Positions 49,756 to 61,097 of a stretch of 64,000 nucleotides of DNA are shown piece after piece. Each line of letters begins with the position of its first letter. Position 1 is the stretch's first letter. Position numbers and translations under genes: made by a program. The notes below the pieces were generated by a model. That model worked only from the letters and a program-made list of their open reading frames with translations, searched no databases and was not told the origin of the DNA. Where the stretch lies: NCBI GenBank assembly GCA_010909165.1, contig MU008173.1, positions 124,001 through 188,000 of the forward strand, read 5' to 3'. The DNA is from Anthoceros angustus (Eukaryota; Plantae; Anthocerotophyta).

Positions 49756-50938
49756 GAATGGCTTCCAGTAATCAATGTGGTAACTGCCACTCCATCTCCC
49801 CAGTCCCTGTAGTCTTCCTTATTATTGTCACCCACACGCATTGAAGAGCCCCCAAAATTGAGCCTGTCAAGTAACTTCCACAATTTGCTGCCAGGCGAGA
49901 ACTTGGACATGGCAAGCATGAACCTTTAGGAACTCCCTGGTGAAGGACATGCAAGCTTTGATTGGCGCTGGGATGGGAACCTCGGGATGGGATAGGTTGG
50001 GGTGCTTATCCCAATAATGGAGCTTCAGAAATGAGGACCTCTGTAAAAATCTCTTCCACGGATTGCTCAGAACTGTTTCTTATCTACCAAGCGGGCTCTC
50101 AAGGGAGCTCCATCCCACTTCTGAACCGCTTCATATAAAGATACCCCAGTTCGTCAGCAAACTTCAGATACCTTCAGGCCGCGCTTCTTGCAAGGCTGGC
50201 TTCGTGGCCCATCCGATTGCAAAAAACGGGGCGGAATATTATGGATTTCAGTAGCAAGGTTTGACATGGTCTCGTCCACGTCACCAAGGGATGGAGTGTG
50301 TTACAATCTGCCCACGTGGTGGCGCAAGTGGCTATCGTGCTTTGACGTTGGAAAGCAGAAGAGGAGATGGGCAGAGTTGAGGCTTCCGGCATCATCACTG
50401 TCTGCACCTGGGCTTAGAGCTCGCTTCCCAGCTCTCTCTACTTCACTTACAAGTAAGAGGTCGTGGTGGCGAGTGATCGTCCTTGTGCAGGAATTGCGCG
50501 TCCGGGATGATGACTTGATGCAGAGCGTGGCTGGAGCGGAGCATCTGGCTTGTTCCAGCGCCGGGTGTTCCAGTGGTGTTCAAGGAAACGACATGAGCAA
50601 GTGAGCAGGACTTCATGTTCAGCGCATAGGTCGAGTGTGGATGAGTTTCATCGATTGGGTGAGTTTTTCGTGTTCCTGCTTCTGGTTGTGGACGGCCACT
50701 AATCTGCACAAGCTGAAGAACCCTAGCTGCCATTCAATGTCAGATCTGGGACGGCCTTGTGTATTTGGCATCCCCGATGGCGAACCATGGTGGTCGCAAC
50801 ACCCATCCATCGCCGCACCCGTTTCATCCCACAAGTGTAGGTGCCCTCGTTAAATTTCTGGCCGGCATTCTTGTAAGCTGTTGTTCCTAGCTGCAGTGAG
50901 CTCGTGAGTGTGGCATGTTCAGAGTCAAGTGCTGAAGT

Positions 50939-52570
50939 TTGTGTTGTGTCCAACAGCCTCAGAGGATGCCGCAGGGTGTAGCCGGTATGCAGCAGTCACG
51001 AGCGGCTAACTCGTATTTCGTGACTGAATCAAAAGCACTGGAGGACCTGAGGGGTTGTGTGCAGATCACCATAGCTCAACTGAACAGCGGGGTCGAGGGA
51101 ATGGACAAATTTTCAAAAGATCTGGACGCACTCCTGCTCGCAGCTCGTGACTTGTTGCAGGTGAAGTCTAACCACGTTGAGGATGAGCCTGATCCGAAGC
51201 AAACCAGAGTTCCAAGAGGTCTTTTCTATGGACAGGGAATAGGGGGTTCGAATTCTGGTGTCAGTGATGATCAGGGCCACATACAAGAGAAGGGAGCTCC
51301 AAAAAGTGTAGAAGCTTGGGGGCATGAATCCAGTCAGCAAGTGTTCATGATCGGCCAGGAAGCGAAGCGCTTGGATATGAGGGATGACAGGTTCCTAGGA
51401 GGACAGCTATCTCATCACGATCTGCAGGAAGGTGGTCAGCTTCTTGAACAAAACTCGCAGATGGGTGTTGACCCTTTGGCGGTACTGGAGGATAGGAAGG
51501 AAAAGCTAGTAGCATCCCTCACACAGATAAAACAGGGGTGGGATTGCCTTCGTGACGTTCACAACACCGTGTACGGGCGGTTTACGGTTGCAGATGATCA
51601 ACTCCAACGTGTCGTTTCAGCGAACAAGCATATTGTTCAGGGGAGGAATTACGCACACGAAATCGACCGAATTGAAGACTCTTGGCGGCGAAAGCATGAA
51701 ACTGTCAAAAAGGAACTGGCCGATCTTAAGGCCAACATGGATGAGCAGGTCCAGAGTCTGAAAGCGAAATTACGGCAGGCTGAGCAGGAAAATCGCAAAG
51801 CACGAGGTGGCTCGCATACGGACAACGGAGCCCTCCCTCCCGGGTTGGATCAGGCTGCGACGGCTGTGAAGAACAGACTGGTGAATTTTGCCAAAACCGT
51901 GAGCGACCATGGGTTTGCTAACCGCCTCGAGCTTCCCCGTGATGAGCGGCATAGCTCTCAAGTCATTGATTCCATGGCATTCCCTACTAAGGAACGCCGT
52001 ATGAAGTACCGCGCAGCGTATGTGATCTCTATTCTGATGTTCAGGGGCTTTGAGATCGACGGCTTCGACTCCACGAAAGGTTACTTTCTTCCCAGCTTGG
52101 ATCCTGACGATAGCGCCTCCGCTTCCTTCGAGGAGTTTCAGACCCTGAAACATCAGTCGTCGGATGCCGCCTTCCTACAGCAAGTGGAGGAAATAGTGAT
52201 ATCCAACGCAGCGGCCGATGGGGACCGATTCCAACAGTTTGTCTGGCAAAAATTTCGTGACGTGGTCCCTGACAAGCTGTTGGAGGAGGCGTGTGGAATC
52301 CCTGATATCGTGAAGAAGTTTGTACATCTTGCTATTGCAGTGTGGCTATTGCAGAGGTTGGCTCTTTCATTTCACCCCAACGCTAAGATCTTCAGAGTGC
52401 CGTGTGGCGCGGAATTCGACGATCGGTATATGGTTAAGATTGCGGATAACGAGCCTGACACGGCCCCGCCCACAGTTGGGTTCATGGTTGTTCCAGGATT
52501 TCGGCTGGGGAAGATCATCGTCAAGAGTGAGGTGTACCCTCAACGTGGTGACTGCAGCGAAGAAGAGTAG
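50939..52570 (+). CDS. GIL1/IRKI-like coiled-coil protein (main exon; true start may lie in an upstream exon)
   Basis: Central coiled coil, then FRGFEIDGF...AVWLLQRLALSFHPNAKIFRV...VGFMVVPGFRLGKIIVKSEVY, resembling the GIL1/IRKI C-terminal domain. Confidence 0.82.
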   Translation: MCCVQQPQRMPQGVAGMQQSRAANSYFVTESKALEDLRGCVQITIAQLNSGVEGMDKFSKDLDALLLAARDLLQVKSNHVEDEPDPKQTRVPRGLFYGQGIGGSNSGVSDDQGHIQEKGAPKSVEAWGHESSQQVFMIGQEAKRLDMRDDRFLGGQLSHHDLQEGGQLLEQNSQMGVDPLAVLEDRKEKLVASLTQIKQGWDCLRDVHNTVYGRFTVADDQLQRVVSANKHIVQGRNYAHEIDRIEDSWRRKHETVKKELADLKANMDEQVQSLKAKLRQAEQENRKARGGSHTDNGALPPGLDQAATAVKNRLVNFAKTVSDHGFANRLELPRDERHSSQVIDSMAFPTKERRMKYRAAYVISILMFRGFEIDGFDSTKGYFLPSLDPDDSASASFEEFQTLKHQSSDAAFLQQVEEIVISNAAADGDRFQQFVWQKFRDVVPDKLLEEACGIPDIVKKFVHLAIAVWLLQRLALSFHPNAKIFRVPCGAEFDDRYMVKIADNEPDTAPPTVGFMVVPGFRLGKIIVKSEVYPQRGDCSEEE

Positions 52571-52990
52571 GACTACTTTTGTGGTTCTCGAGGTGCTTAG
52601 CCTTGACGAGGACTCATGCTTTGATTCAATGCCCTGCACGTCACCTTGCGAGCAGATGAACTTGTGTTACATATGTGGTGGCCCTCCAATGCTGCCAAGG
52701 ATTTGTGATATTAGGTATGTGAGGAGAATTCATGGAATGAACTCTTTGACGGGAGTCAGTGAAAACACACACACTGGGTCCTCCCTTCAAGGGGTGACAT
52801 CCAGACATTCTTCCCAACTTCCCAGTTAAGCGTCCTTGGGACGGATCAGTGCTCGGATTGTTACCAACTTCATGCCTTAAGCTTCGTCTCCAGATCAAAA
52901 TCCCAGTGCCGGACTTCGGTTCACCAAACAAACACACACACAGTGGAAATGCAACTATCTGAATCGACAATTGCAAACCCCGAGTTGCAC

Positions 52991-53150
52991 TAGGGATTTT
53001 TGCGAAAGAGCGGATCACGGCAGGTGAAGAGCTGTTTTACGACTACGACTATGCTCCGGAATCGTTCGCACGAAAAGCCCAACATCCTCGCAAACTGAAG
53101 AAGCCAGCCAAGAGGCTGTCTCTGTCGGATCCTTGGGCCTTGTTTTTCGA
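52991..53150 (+). pseudogene. E(z) SET C-terminal fragment
   Basis: GIFAKERITAGEELFYDYDYAPES, then a deletion joining to FARKAQHPRKLKKP. Confidence 0.8.
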
Positions 53151-54181
53151 CTCCAAGGCCAGTGAATGTCTCTGCGAATGTCTTCTTTCTGTGGATGAGG
53201 AAGCCGCTCCCATTAAAACTACTAGGGTCCTGCTAGGATGGAAGTGTGGTTTTCGATACGGACCTCAGTCTGCGCATTTTGATTGTGAGGCTGTATTGGG
53301 CACCTCCGCCGTGATCCGACGGACAGATAACCAGCCAGTTATCCTCTCCACTTGCAAAAACTCCGTCCCCGTTGCGGAAGCCATGCTTGCTAGCATGGGA
53401 ATCGGAATGGCCTATGGGACAGTGCGTTGGAAACTCCGCGTGGCTCCGAGACAGCTCCCATCGTCACAGAAGTTTTAGAGCACGGATGGCGTCACAGGAA
53501 ACGCAAGCCTCAAAAACAGGCCTGGACACGCACAGTCATTCTTGGGCTAATTAGCGATGCCACAATGCCATCTCAACTTTCATCCGTTTCCCGAGTGTCG
53601 CCAACTTTTTGCCGTTGCCGATCTCCATGTTGCTTCTCCAGGATTTGATGCTCAAGGATTGCGCAACACGCTAGTGTCTAATATTATTAGGGAGCGCCCC
53701 TTCCCAGACCCCACGCCACAGGCCGAGAAATGTGTTCTTCTCGACAGGGTTCTGCATAGCTGGTAAGGATCCAGAGTGTTGAATCAACCCCAAAGAATGC
53801 ATAGCAATGAGCTATCTGACCCTTCATTCAGCACCAATCTTGAGACAAGCTCTCCAGCCAAGGATGCTCATCTTCCTAGCAGAAGCTGCATAACAGGTGC
53901 GCCGACAGGTCACTCTGCGGCGCAAGAGTAGCTTCCAAGGCAGCACTTTCCCCATTCTGGGGGAGGTGGGGTCCGAACCAAAGACTCGGTCTTAAGATAA
54001 CAGTCGAACACACCTGTTTGTGGGCAGGCACGCACGCAGGGAAAATCATAAAGAAACGCAGCTTGCAACGACAGTTAGAGTGAGACGAGACCTGGCCCCT
54101 CCTCCTCCTCTCAAACATGGGAACTGGGCAGCTTTCCCTTTCCCTGCTGTGAGGAGCCGCAGTTTCCAGTGTCGTCCATCC

Positions 54182-56211
54182 ATGGCGGCCGGCTGGAAGC
54201 AGAAGTTGAGCAAACGGGCGGGGGCGTCGGTGTCGTCGACGAGCAGCGAGACCGGGGAGGCGAAAATCGTGGTGGGTTTGGATTTCGGGACCACATTCTC
54301 GGGCTTCGCGTTCGCGCACAGGGACGAGCCGGACAAGGTGTTCTGCCACTACGAGTGGCCGGGGCAGGAGAAGAGCTACTGCAAGACGCAGACGAGCCTG
54401 TACTACGTGCGGGAGGGGCCCGGGCCCGAGGCCAAGTACAGGGCCACGCACTGGGGCTGGGGGGCGCAGCAGGCGCACTTGAAGCAGCTCAAGGGTCAGG
54501 GCGGGCGAGCCGGGCTCTGGGAGCAGAGCGCCAGCCTCTTCCTCTTCAAATTCAAGCTCAATCTGGCGCCGGAGGGGTGGAGGACGGGGCGGCAAGGGCA
54601 GGACGGGGCGGACGCGGCGCAGCTGGATGCGCTGGCCAGGCTGCCGGCGGGGATCACCACCGTAGACAGCATCACCGAATACCTGGGGAAGCTCTCGGGC
54701 TTCGTGATCGAGCATCTCAAGGACAAGTACGGGCCGCACATCACGTCCCGGGAAGTGCAGTGGTGTCTCACGGTGCCCGCGATATGGGAGGATTCGGCCA
54801 AGCAGACGATGCGCAGATGCGCCCAGATGGCGGGCATGGCCACCGGGCCTTTCTGCCCGGCGCAGTGGGCGGGGAGGGCCAGCCCATTCCCGCTGCTGAC
54901 CGTGCTGGAGTCGGAGGCGGCGTCCGTGTACTGCGCGCGCAGATCCAACCAGTTCGCTCTCGGGAAGGGGGACCAGTTCCTGGTGGCGGACGTGGGGGGC
55001 GGGACCACCGACATCGTGGTGCACACCAAGCAGAACGACAGCTCGTCCGATCTGCGGCTGCGGGAGGTGTCGCAGAGCTCGGGGGACCTCTGCGGGGGCA
55101 CGCATGTGGACCAGGGCTTTCTGGGATTTCTGGGCCGCAGGATTCCGTGCTTCCTGGATGAGGTGCACGGTGCCCGCCACTCTCACCAAGGTGCTGAAAC
55201 GGTGGCAGGAGTTGAGGTGTCGCAGAGCTCGGGGACCTCTGCGGGGGCACGCATGTGGACCAGGGCTTTCTGGGATTTCTGGGCCGCAGGATTCCGTGCT
55301 TCCTGGATGAGGTGCGCACGGTGCCCGCCACTCTCACCAAGGTGCTGAAACGGTGGCAGGAGTTGAAGGTGTCGTTCGATGGCGATGACCAGTGGGGGCC
55401 GGAGGACTTGGAGATCCCTCCCAATCTGTCCAGGGCCTGGAAGGTGTACGATGCCAGGATGGGATACTGCTCTGCAAACTACGACGAGATAGAGATCACG
55501 GCGTGCGATATGCGGGCCATCTTCGATCCTGTGGTGGATGGGATCATTGCGTTGATCGGGCAGCGGCTGACTCCGCAGGTGAAGATGATGCTGCTGGTGG
55601 GTGGCTTCTCTTCCTCGCCGTATCTCAAGCTCAGAGTGAAGGGTGCCTTTGCCAGGCAGCTGGGTGATCGGATAGTGACCCCGCCGGATCCCGGCAGCGC
55701 TGTGTGCCAAGGGGCCGTCTTCTTCGGCTTCGCGCCGGAGGTGGTCACCTCCAGGGTTAGCTGCAAAACGTACGGGATCCAGCAGATGCGCAGGTTCCGG
55801 CCTGGGGATCCCCCTGCTTATAAGACCATGTCGCAGGGGACGGCCTACTGCATCAACACCTTCACGCCCTATGTGCGGAAAGGGCAGGAAGTCCCCATCC
55901 AGCACTGCGTCAAGTACAGAGGAGGCCCTTCTGTGTGTGGCCTCAAGACCTTGAACATCAACATTTATAGCTCGGATAAGCAGGAGGTGCGCTACACCAC
56001 CGACGCGGGAGTGAAGCTGGAGGCTACTTTCAGCATGGACATATCTCACGATCCTAAGAACCTGGATCTGAACAGGGAAGTGGAGCTGTCCATGTACTTT
56101 GGATTGTCGTGTATAGAGGTTAAGGCGAGGCGCCTCAATTTTGGGGATCGGAATGAGGTGGTTAGCATGCACGATGTCATCGGCTTGACACTCGAGACAC
56201 CCGTCGTTTGA
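54182..56211 (+). pseudogene. HSPA12-like copy 10 (inverted twin of copy 2) with ~150-bp internal duplication and a frameshift
   Basis: ORFs 54020-55348 and 55255-56211; repeat starts at 55064 and 55214. Confidence 0.88.
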
Positions 56212-56681
56212 GGCCTAGCCTGCTCTCGGTTCCAGGCTTCTAAAGCCCTTCCCTGTCCCCGCAGTCCAGAGCGTGATGGTGCAGTGAAGGGGCAGGCAGA
56301 GCTTTAGCAGATTGGTAGGATTTCATGCGGCTGCATTCATCTGCGGATGGATATCTGTTTCCTTCCAAGGTATATGAAGCCGTACAGAAATGTTGTCTCG
56401 GTAGCCTGAGGAAGAAAAGGAAGAGCATTTGAAGGCCAGGCAGGGGAGGCAGCCGTTCAGTTCTCCAGAAGTTAGAACTGCGTGTGTAAAAAGCAGCTTC
56501 TGGATACCTCCTACAAGTGTGTGCGTGTGTGTGTGTGCAATCCATTCTTACATAGCATTCCGCAGCACAAGCTTAAGGAACATCACAGGCTCCCAAAATC
56601 TCCAAGCCCCTTTCAGATTCCTGACGCCAGACAGATCTAAGTTGACTGCTCCACACTACCATCGCCAGGAGATGAGCAACT

Positions 56682-58588
56682 TTAGGAGGCAGCAATTTGA
56701 GAGTACACTTCACTTCTTATGACGACTTTCCCTACACGGAAGCCTGGAACAACCATGAAGGCGACTTTGGGAAGGAAAGGATGTTCATCTTCATCCACAA
56801 TGTTAGCCATGTAGGAAGGATTGAAGTCTGCTCCACTATCCACTCGGAAGATCCTTGCACTGGGCAGAAAGGAGAGAGCCAACCTTTGCAACAGCCACAA
56901 TGCGGTAGCAAGAGCCACGAACCTTCTGTAGTAGGGGTGGTGCGTTTGTTGACATGTCGGTACAAGCTGCCTAGGAGTAATGCTGAAAAACTTGCTACGA
57001 GCAAATTGTACCATCTTACTGCTGGAGTTGGCCGGGTTCAGGTCCACCACCGTTTTGTTGGACTTGAGCTGCTGGAATTCCTCGAAGAAGGCTTCGCGAG
57101 GCCTGTCCAGATCCAAAGGCCCGGGCCCGCAAAACCCATCAATCTCGAACCCTTGGAACATGGCAGTCGATATGACATAAGCCGCAAGGTACTTATGGTG
57201 GGTAGACCTTGCAAGTCTCGTCCTGCTGATCACTCCGGAATCTCCATAGGGCAACGCCGCTTTCTCCATCACCGTGCCATACTCCTTGGCAAACAGTAGC
57301 AGCTTGTCTTTCACGGTCCTCACATGATCATCCAGCAGCACAGGTGTTGCTTCACCGTCCGTGTACGCTCCGGACCTCGACTTTCTTGCGTTATCCTGTT
57401 CCAGCAACCTCGTCAGCTTCTGCACCTGCTGCTGCCCAGCCCTAACCTCCTCCTTGAGCTTTAAAATTTCGTTTTCCCCGTTCCTGCTCCTCAACGCCTC
57501 CTGGTAGGTTCCCTCCTGCACATCCCGCGTCGGCGATGCGGTCCTCGTCGGAGACCCGTACTGATCATGGCGAGAGATATCATGCACAACCTGCCCTCTC
57601 CGATCGAAGGAGTCCCTCCTCATACCATCAGGCGTTTGCAATCGGTGATCGAAAGACTGCACTCGGCCAGTCCGACTTTGGAGCTCTTGCCTCAACTCCG
57701 TCACACTGGCGTTCGAGTGACGATTCTGCTGTGCCTGCTTCACCTCCGGTTGAGCCAGGAGTACCTGCAGCTGCATGTGATGCTCCATAACCTCCGAAAC
57801 AAACGCTGCAGTACGGTTGCTCCAGTGTTTCAGATGAGAAAGCTCATCATCTGTACCTTCCCTCTGCCTGGTGTGGTGAGCGCTGTCATCCAAGGAGCCT
57901 GTACGCCGATGGTGGTTTTGCTGAAGCTGGGCTACTCGGCTCCGAGGATGAGCATACCCCTGGGCAATCGGTCCACTGAAAGGATGAGAGTACATGCTGT
58001 TCTTCACATCCTGCCACCCTCCTCCCAACCCCTCCCGTTCTGCCGTCGGACCCCGCACAATCATGCCATCAGCTGTCCTGGCCGGTAGCTCCACCAGACC
58101 TCTACATTTGAACTCGTGATCCTGCCTAGCCTGGGAGGCCAACTCTGCCATTTTTTTGCATCCAGCTTCAAGATTGTCCAGCGCAGATAGATACAGATTA
58201 GATACCTGGCCGAGCCTCGGGGCTATACCCTCGTACACTTTTACATGTATCCGGGCCGGCGTCTGTGGGGCCGACTGCTGCACCAAAGCTGGTAAGGGTT
58301 GGGTCGCAATGAACTGAGCTGAGGTAGAGGAAGTGTAAGGCTCGCTTGATGACGAGGATGTCAGAAACGACTACTTGTTACAAAACAGAAAGCACACTGG
58401 TCAGTCAGCATTCCAGAAACTTTTCTTCTTCCCTAGCTCAGCATAGCATTGCCGGAGCTGATCAGATCAGCCTTCCAACTCCAGGACAGTAGTACCTCGT
58501 TTTCTCTGATGCCATAGCCAGACTCCAGATGTCCCTGGTTCTTGGGCTTCTTCTCCTTTCCGAACAGCGCTGTTTTCAACTTCCTCAT
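56682..58588 (-). CDS. GIL1/IRKI-like coiled-coil protein, two exons (58496-58588 and 56682-58370), ~593 aa
   Basis: Exon 1 MRKLKTALFGKEKKPK...ENE|GT joins in frame at an AG acceptor. C-terminus FQGFEIDGF...LWLLQRLALSFLPSARIFRV...VVPGFRVGKVVIRSEVY. Confidence 0.82.
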
Positions 58589-59105
58589 AGCTCCTCTGTC
58601 CGCGGTTTCCTGGAACCGGAAGCGCAGAACCACCCTCTCCAACACCTGCAAGCGAAATTCGGACCCCTTCCTGACTCCACAACAACCTGTTACATCAAAT
58701 TCGGGCCGAGGCTGCAACCCTACATGACTTTAGCAGGCAGACATGCCGGAAACAAGAAACAGCTGGAGGATTTCTCATTCGGGAGAAGGGGAAGAGGAAA
58801 TTTACGAGGTGGTTGAGCAAGCCGTGAAGTGAGGTTGGGGATTGGAGAGCCAGTGCTGGAGTCTCCCGCAAGAATCGCGTGCGGCGGGTGGAGGCAATTG
58901 GTGCGAGCAGGAGCGCATTGCCTTATCCTGGGCGCTAGTGCACAGCCACCTGCTGTAGCACTTTGACATGGTCGTGAATTGTTTAAACAAAAAGCCGCCC
59001 AGCCCGCATCCCGCACCGCGGTGGCACAACGCAATTCGGACAGCACAAAACTGCTGTCCCTTCGCGGAAAGGGTCAGAGGTGGGTTGCCTCCCATCGCCG
59101 CTGCC

Positions 59106-60911
59106 ATGGCTGCCGCAATGTCGGCCGGGGCGGAGGCCCGGGTGGTGATCGGGGTGGATTTCGGGACCACATTCTCGGGCTTCGCCTACGGCCACAGAGA
59201 CGAGCCGGAACAGGTGTTCACCTTCTACGAGTGGCCGGGGCAGGTCGGCAAATCCTACTGCAAGACGCCCTCCAGCATCTTCTACTTCAACAACGGCACA
59301 GCGGACGCGCCGGAGTACGAGGCCACGCTCTGGGGATGGCCCGCGCCGCTGCATCACATGAAGGCGAGGGAGATGAACCTTTCCCACGGCGCACTGGTGA
59401 ACCAATTCAAGCTCCTCCTGGCCCCGGGGCCCGGCAAGCTCGGGAGGCTGCTCTCCAGATCCAGGGGATCCGGCTCCTGGCGTGGCGGGAGGAATGAGGA
59501 GCCGGAGACGGCGGACATCCTCCCGGGGGTCACTGCTGTGCGGGCCATAACAGACTACCTGGGCAGCATCTGCAAGTTTGCGCTGGCGCACGTCCAGGCG
59601 ACCTACGGGGCGGCCAACGCCACGGCGCAGCAGGTGCAGTGGTGCCTCACAGTGCCTGCAATCTGGGACGATGCGGCCAAGCAGGTGATGAGGAACTGTG
59701 CGCAGCGGGCCGGGATCGTGACGGGCCCGCTCTGCCCCGCCCGGGAGTCGGGAACGGCCAGCCCGCATCCGCTGCTGATCGTGCTCGAGTCCGAGGCCGC
59801 GTCGGTCTACTGCGCCAAGAAGCGGCAGCTGCGGCTGGCGAGGGGAGATGAATTCTTGGTGGCGGATGTGGGAGGGGGCACGGTGGATATCGTGGTGCAC
59901 ACCAAGGAGAATCAAGAGGAGGAAGATCTGCTGCTGCGGGAGGTGCGGCAGAGCAGCGGGGACATGTGCGGGGGGGTGTTTGTGGACAGGAATTTCCTCA
60001 AGTTTGTGAGCGGCAAGATCCCTTGCTTCGATGATGTGGTGTCCGCCACTCCGAGTGTGAAGACGGTGATGTTGCGGAGGTGGGAGGAGATCAAGGCGGT
60101 GTATGGAGCAGACGAGGATCTGGAGGCGCAGGAGTTCGAGATCCCGGCCAAGCTGCGGCGGGAGATGATGAGGCGGAATTCGGAAGCGGATTACGACGAG
60201 CTGGAGATCTCGCCGGAGGACATGGCTCAGATCTTCGATCCCGTGATTGAGCAGTGCATCCGGCTGATCCGGGAGCAGCTCACGTCGCGCACCAGGGTGC
60301 TGCTGCTGGTTGGCGGGTTCTCGGCGTCTCCTTACCTGAGGAACAAGGTGAAGGCAGCCTTCCAGGAGGAGCTGGGAGGTGGCATCGTCCTGCCGCCTGA
60401 TCCGGGCAGCGCTGTGTGCCAGGGCGCGGTCTTGTTCGGATTCTTTCCCCGGACTGTGGTTTCTAGGGTTTCCCGCAAGACCTACGGCATCGAGGAGCTG
60501 CTGCCGTTCGAGCCTGGTGATCCCGAGGAAACCGCTGTGAGCACGGCGGGAGGAAAGAGGTGCTGTATCCGCTTCAGTGCTTTCGCGAGGAAAGGGGAGG
60601 CGATCGGGATCGATCAGTGCGTGACGCACAGCCTCTACCCTCAGTTTAGAGGGCAGAGAAGCATGGCTGTGCGGATTTTCAGCTCCAGTGCTGCGGAAGT
60701 GCGCTACACTACTGATCCTGGTGTGGAGATGGAGGGGGAATTTATCATTGATATGGTTGATGATGCCGAGGGATTAGGCTTGGCCCGCCATGTTCTCGTG
60801 TCCATGTTTTTTGGAATGTCTTGCATTGAAGTGAAGGCACGGCGCATCAATTTCGGCAACCGGTTGGAGGTCATCCCACTCCACGACACTATTGGTTTCG
60901 AGCACTCCTGA
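59106..60911 (+). CDS. HSPA12-like atypical Hsp70, copy 11, intact (~600 aa; start 59106 or 59118)
   Basis: VVIGVDFGTTFSG, QFKLLL, WCLTVPAIW, LESEAAS, DVGGGTVDI, LVGGFSASPYL, SRKTYG. Confidence 0.92.
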   Translation: MAAAMSAGAEARVVIGVDFGTTFSGFAYGHRDEPEQVFTFYEWPGQVGKSYCKTPSSIFYFNNGTADAPEYEATLWGWPAPLHHMKAREMNLSHGALVNQFKLLLAPGPGKLGRLLSRSRGSGSWRGGRNEEPETADILPGVTAVRAITDYLGSICKFALAHVQATYGAANATAQQVQWCLTVPAIWDDAAKQVMRNCAQRAGIVTGPLCPARESGTASPHPLLIVLESEAASVYCAKKRQLRLARGDEFLVADVGGGTVDIVVHTKENQEEEDLLLREVRQSSGDMCGGVFVDRNFLKFVSGKIPCFDDVVSATPSVKTVMLRRWEEIKAVYGADEDLEAQEFEIPAKLRREMMRRNSEADYDELEISPEDMAQIFDPVIEQCIRLIREQLTSRTRVLLLVGGFSASPYLRNKVKAAFQEELGGGIVLPPDPGSAVCQGAVLFGFFPRTVVSRVSRKTYGIEELLPFEPGDPEETAVSTAGGKRCCIRFSAFARKGEAIGIDQCVTHSLYPQFRGQRSMAVRIFSSSAAEVRYTTDPGVEMEGEFIIDMVDDAEGLGLARHVLVSMFFGMSCIEVKARRINFGNRLEVIPLHDTIGFEHS

Positions 60912-61097
60912 CTCTCCGTTGCCCTCACATCCATGTCCCACCACCTTCCGCGTCCGGCTGACTGTTTCTGCTGCTCGTTGCGTGATTCCGTCAGTCTTAA
61001 TTCTTTCCTGCGGCTTCTCTTGTTTTCTGAGCCTTGAATTACTTGACATGAAGTAATTGCAAGGTGATCCAACTGCCATCATCACACCTGAGTCACT

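Larger units (their letters stand above)
52991..59122. repeat. Right arm of the inverted segmental duplication
   Basis: Reverse-complement match to 20639-26620; homology continues to ~59335 via 2356-2561. Confidence 0.88.

Noticed and set aside
23282-60911. Canonical DnaK/Hsp70 chaperones or a bacterial operon
   Set aside because: No lid, EEVD or conserved interdomain linker; WCLTVPAIW and ESEAAS fit HSPA12-like proteins; neighbours have spliceosomal introns.
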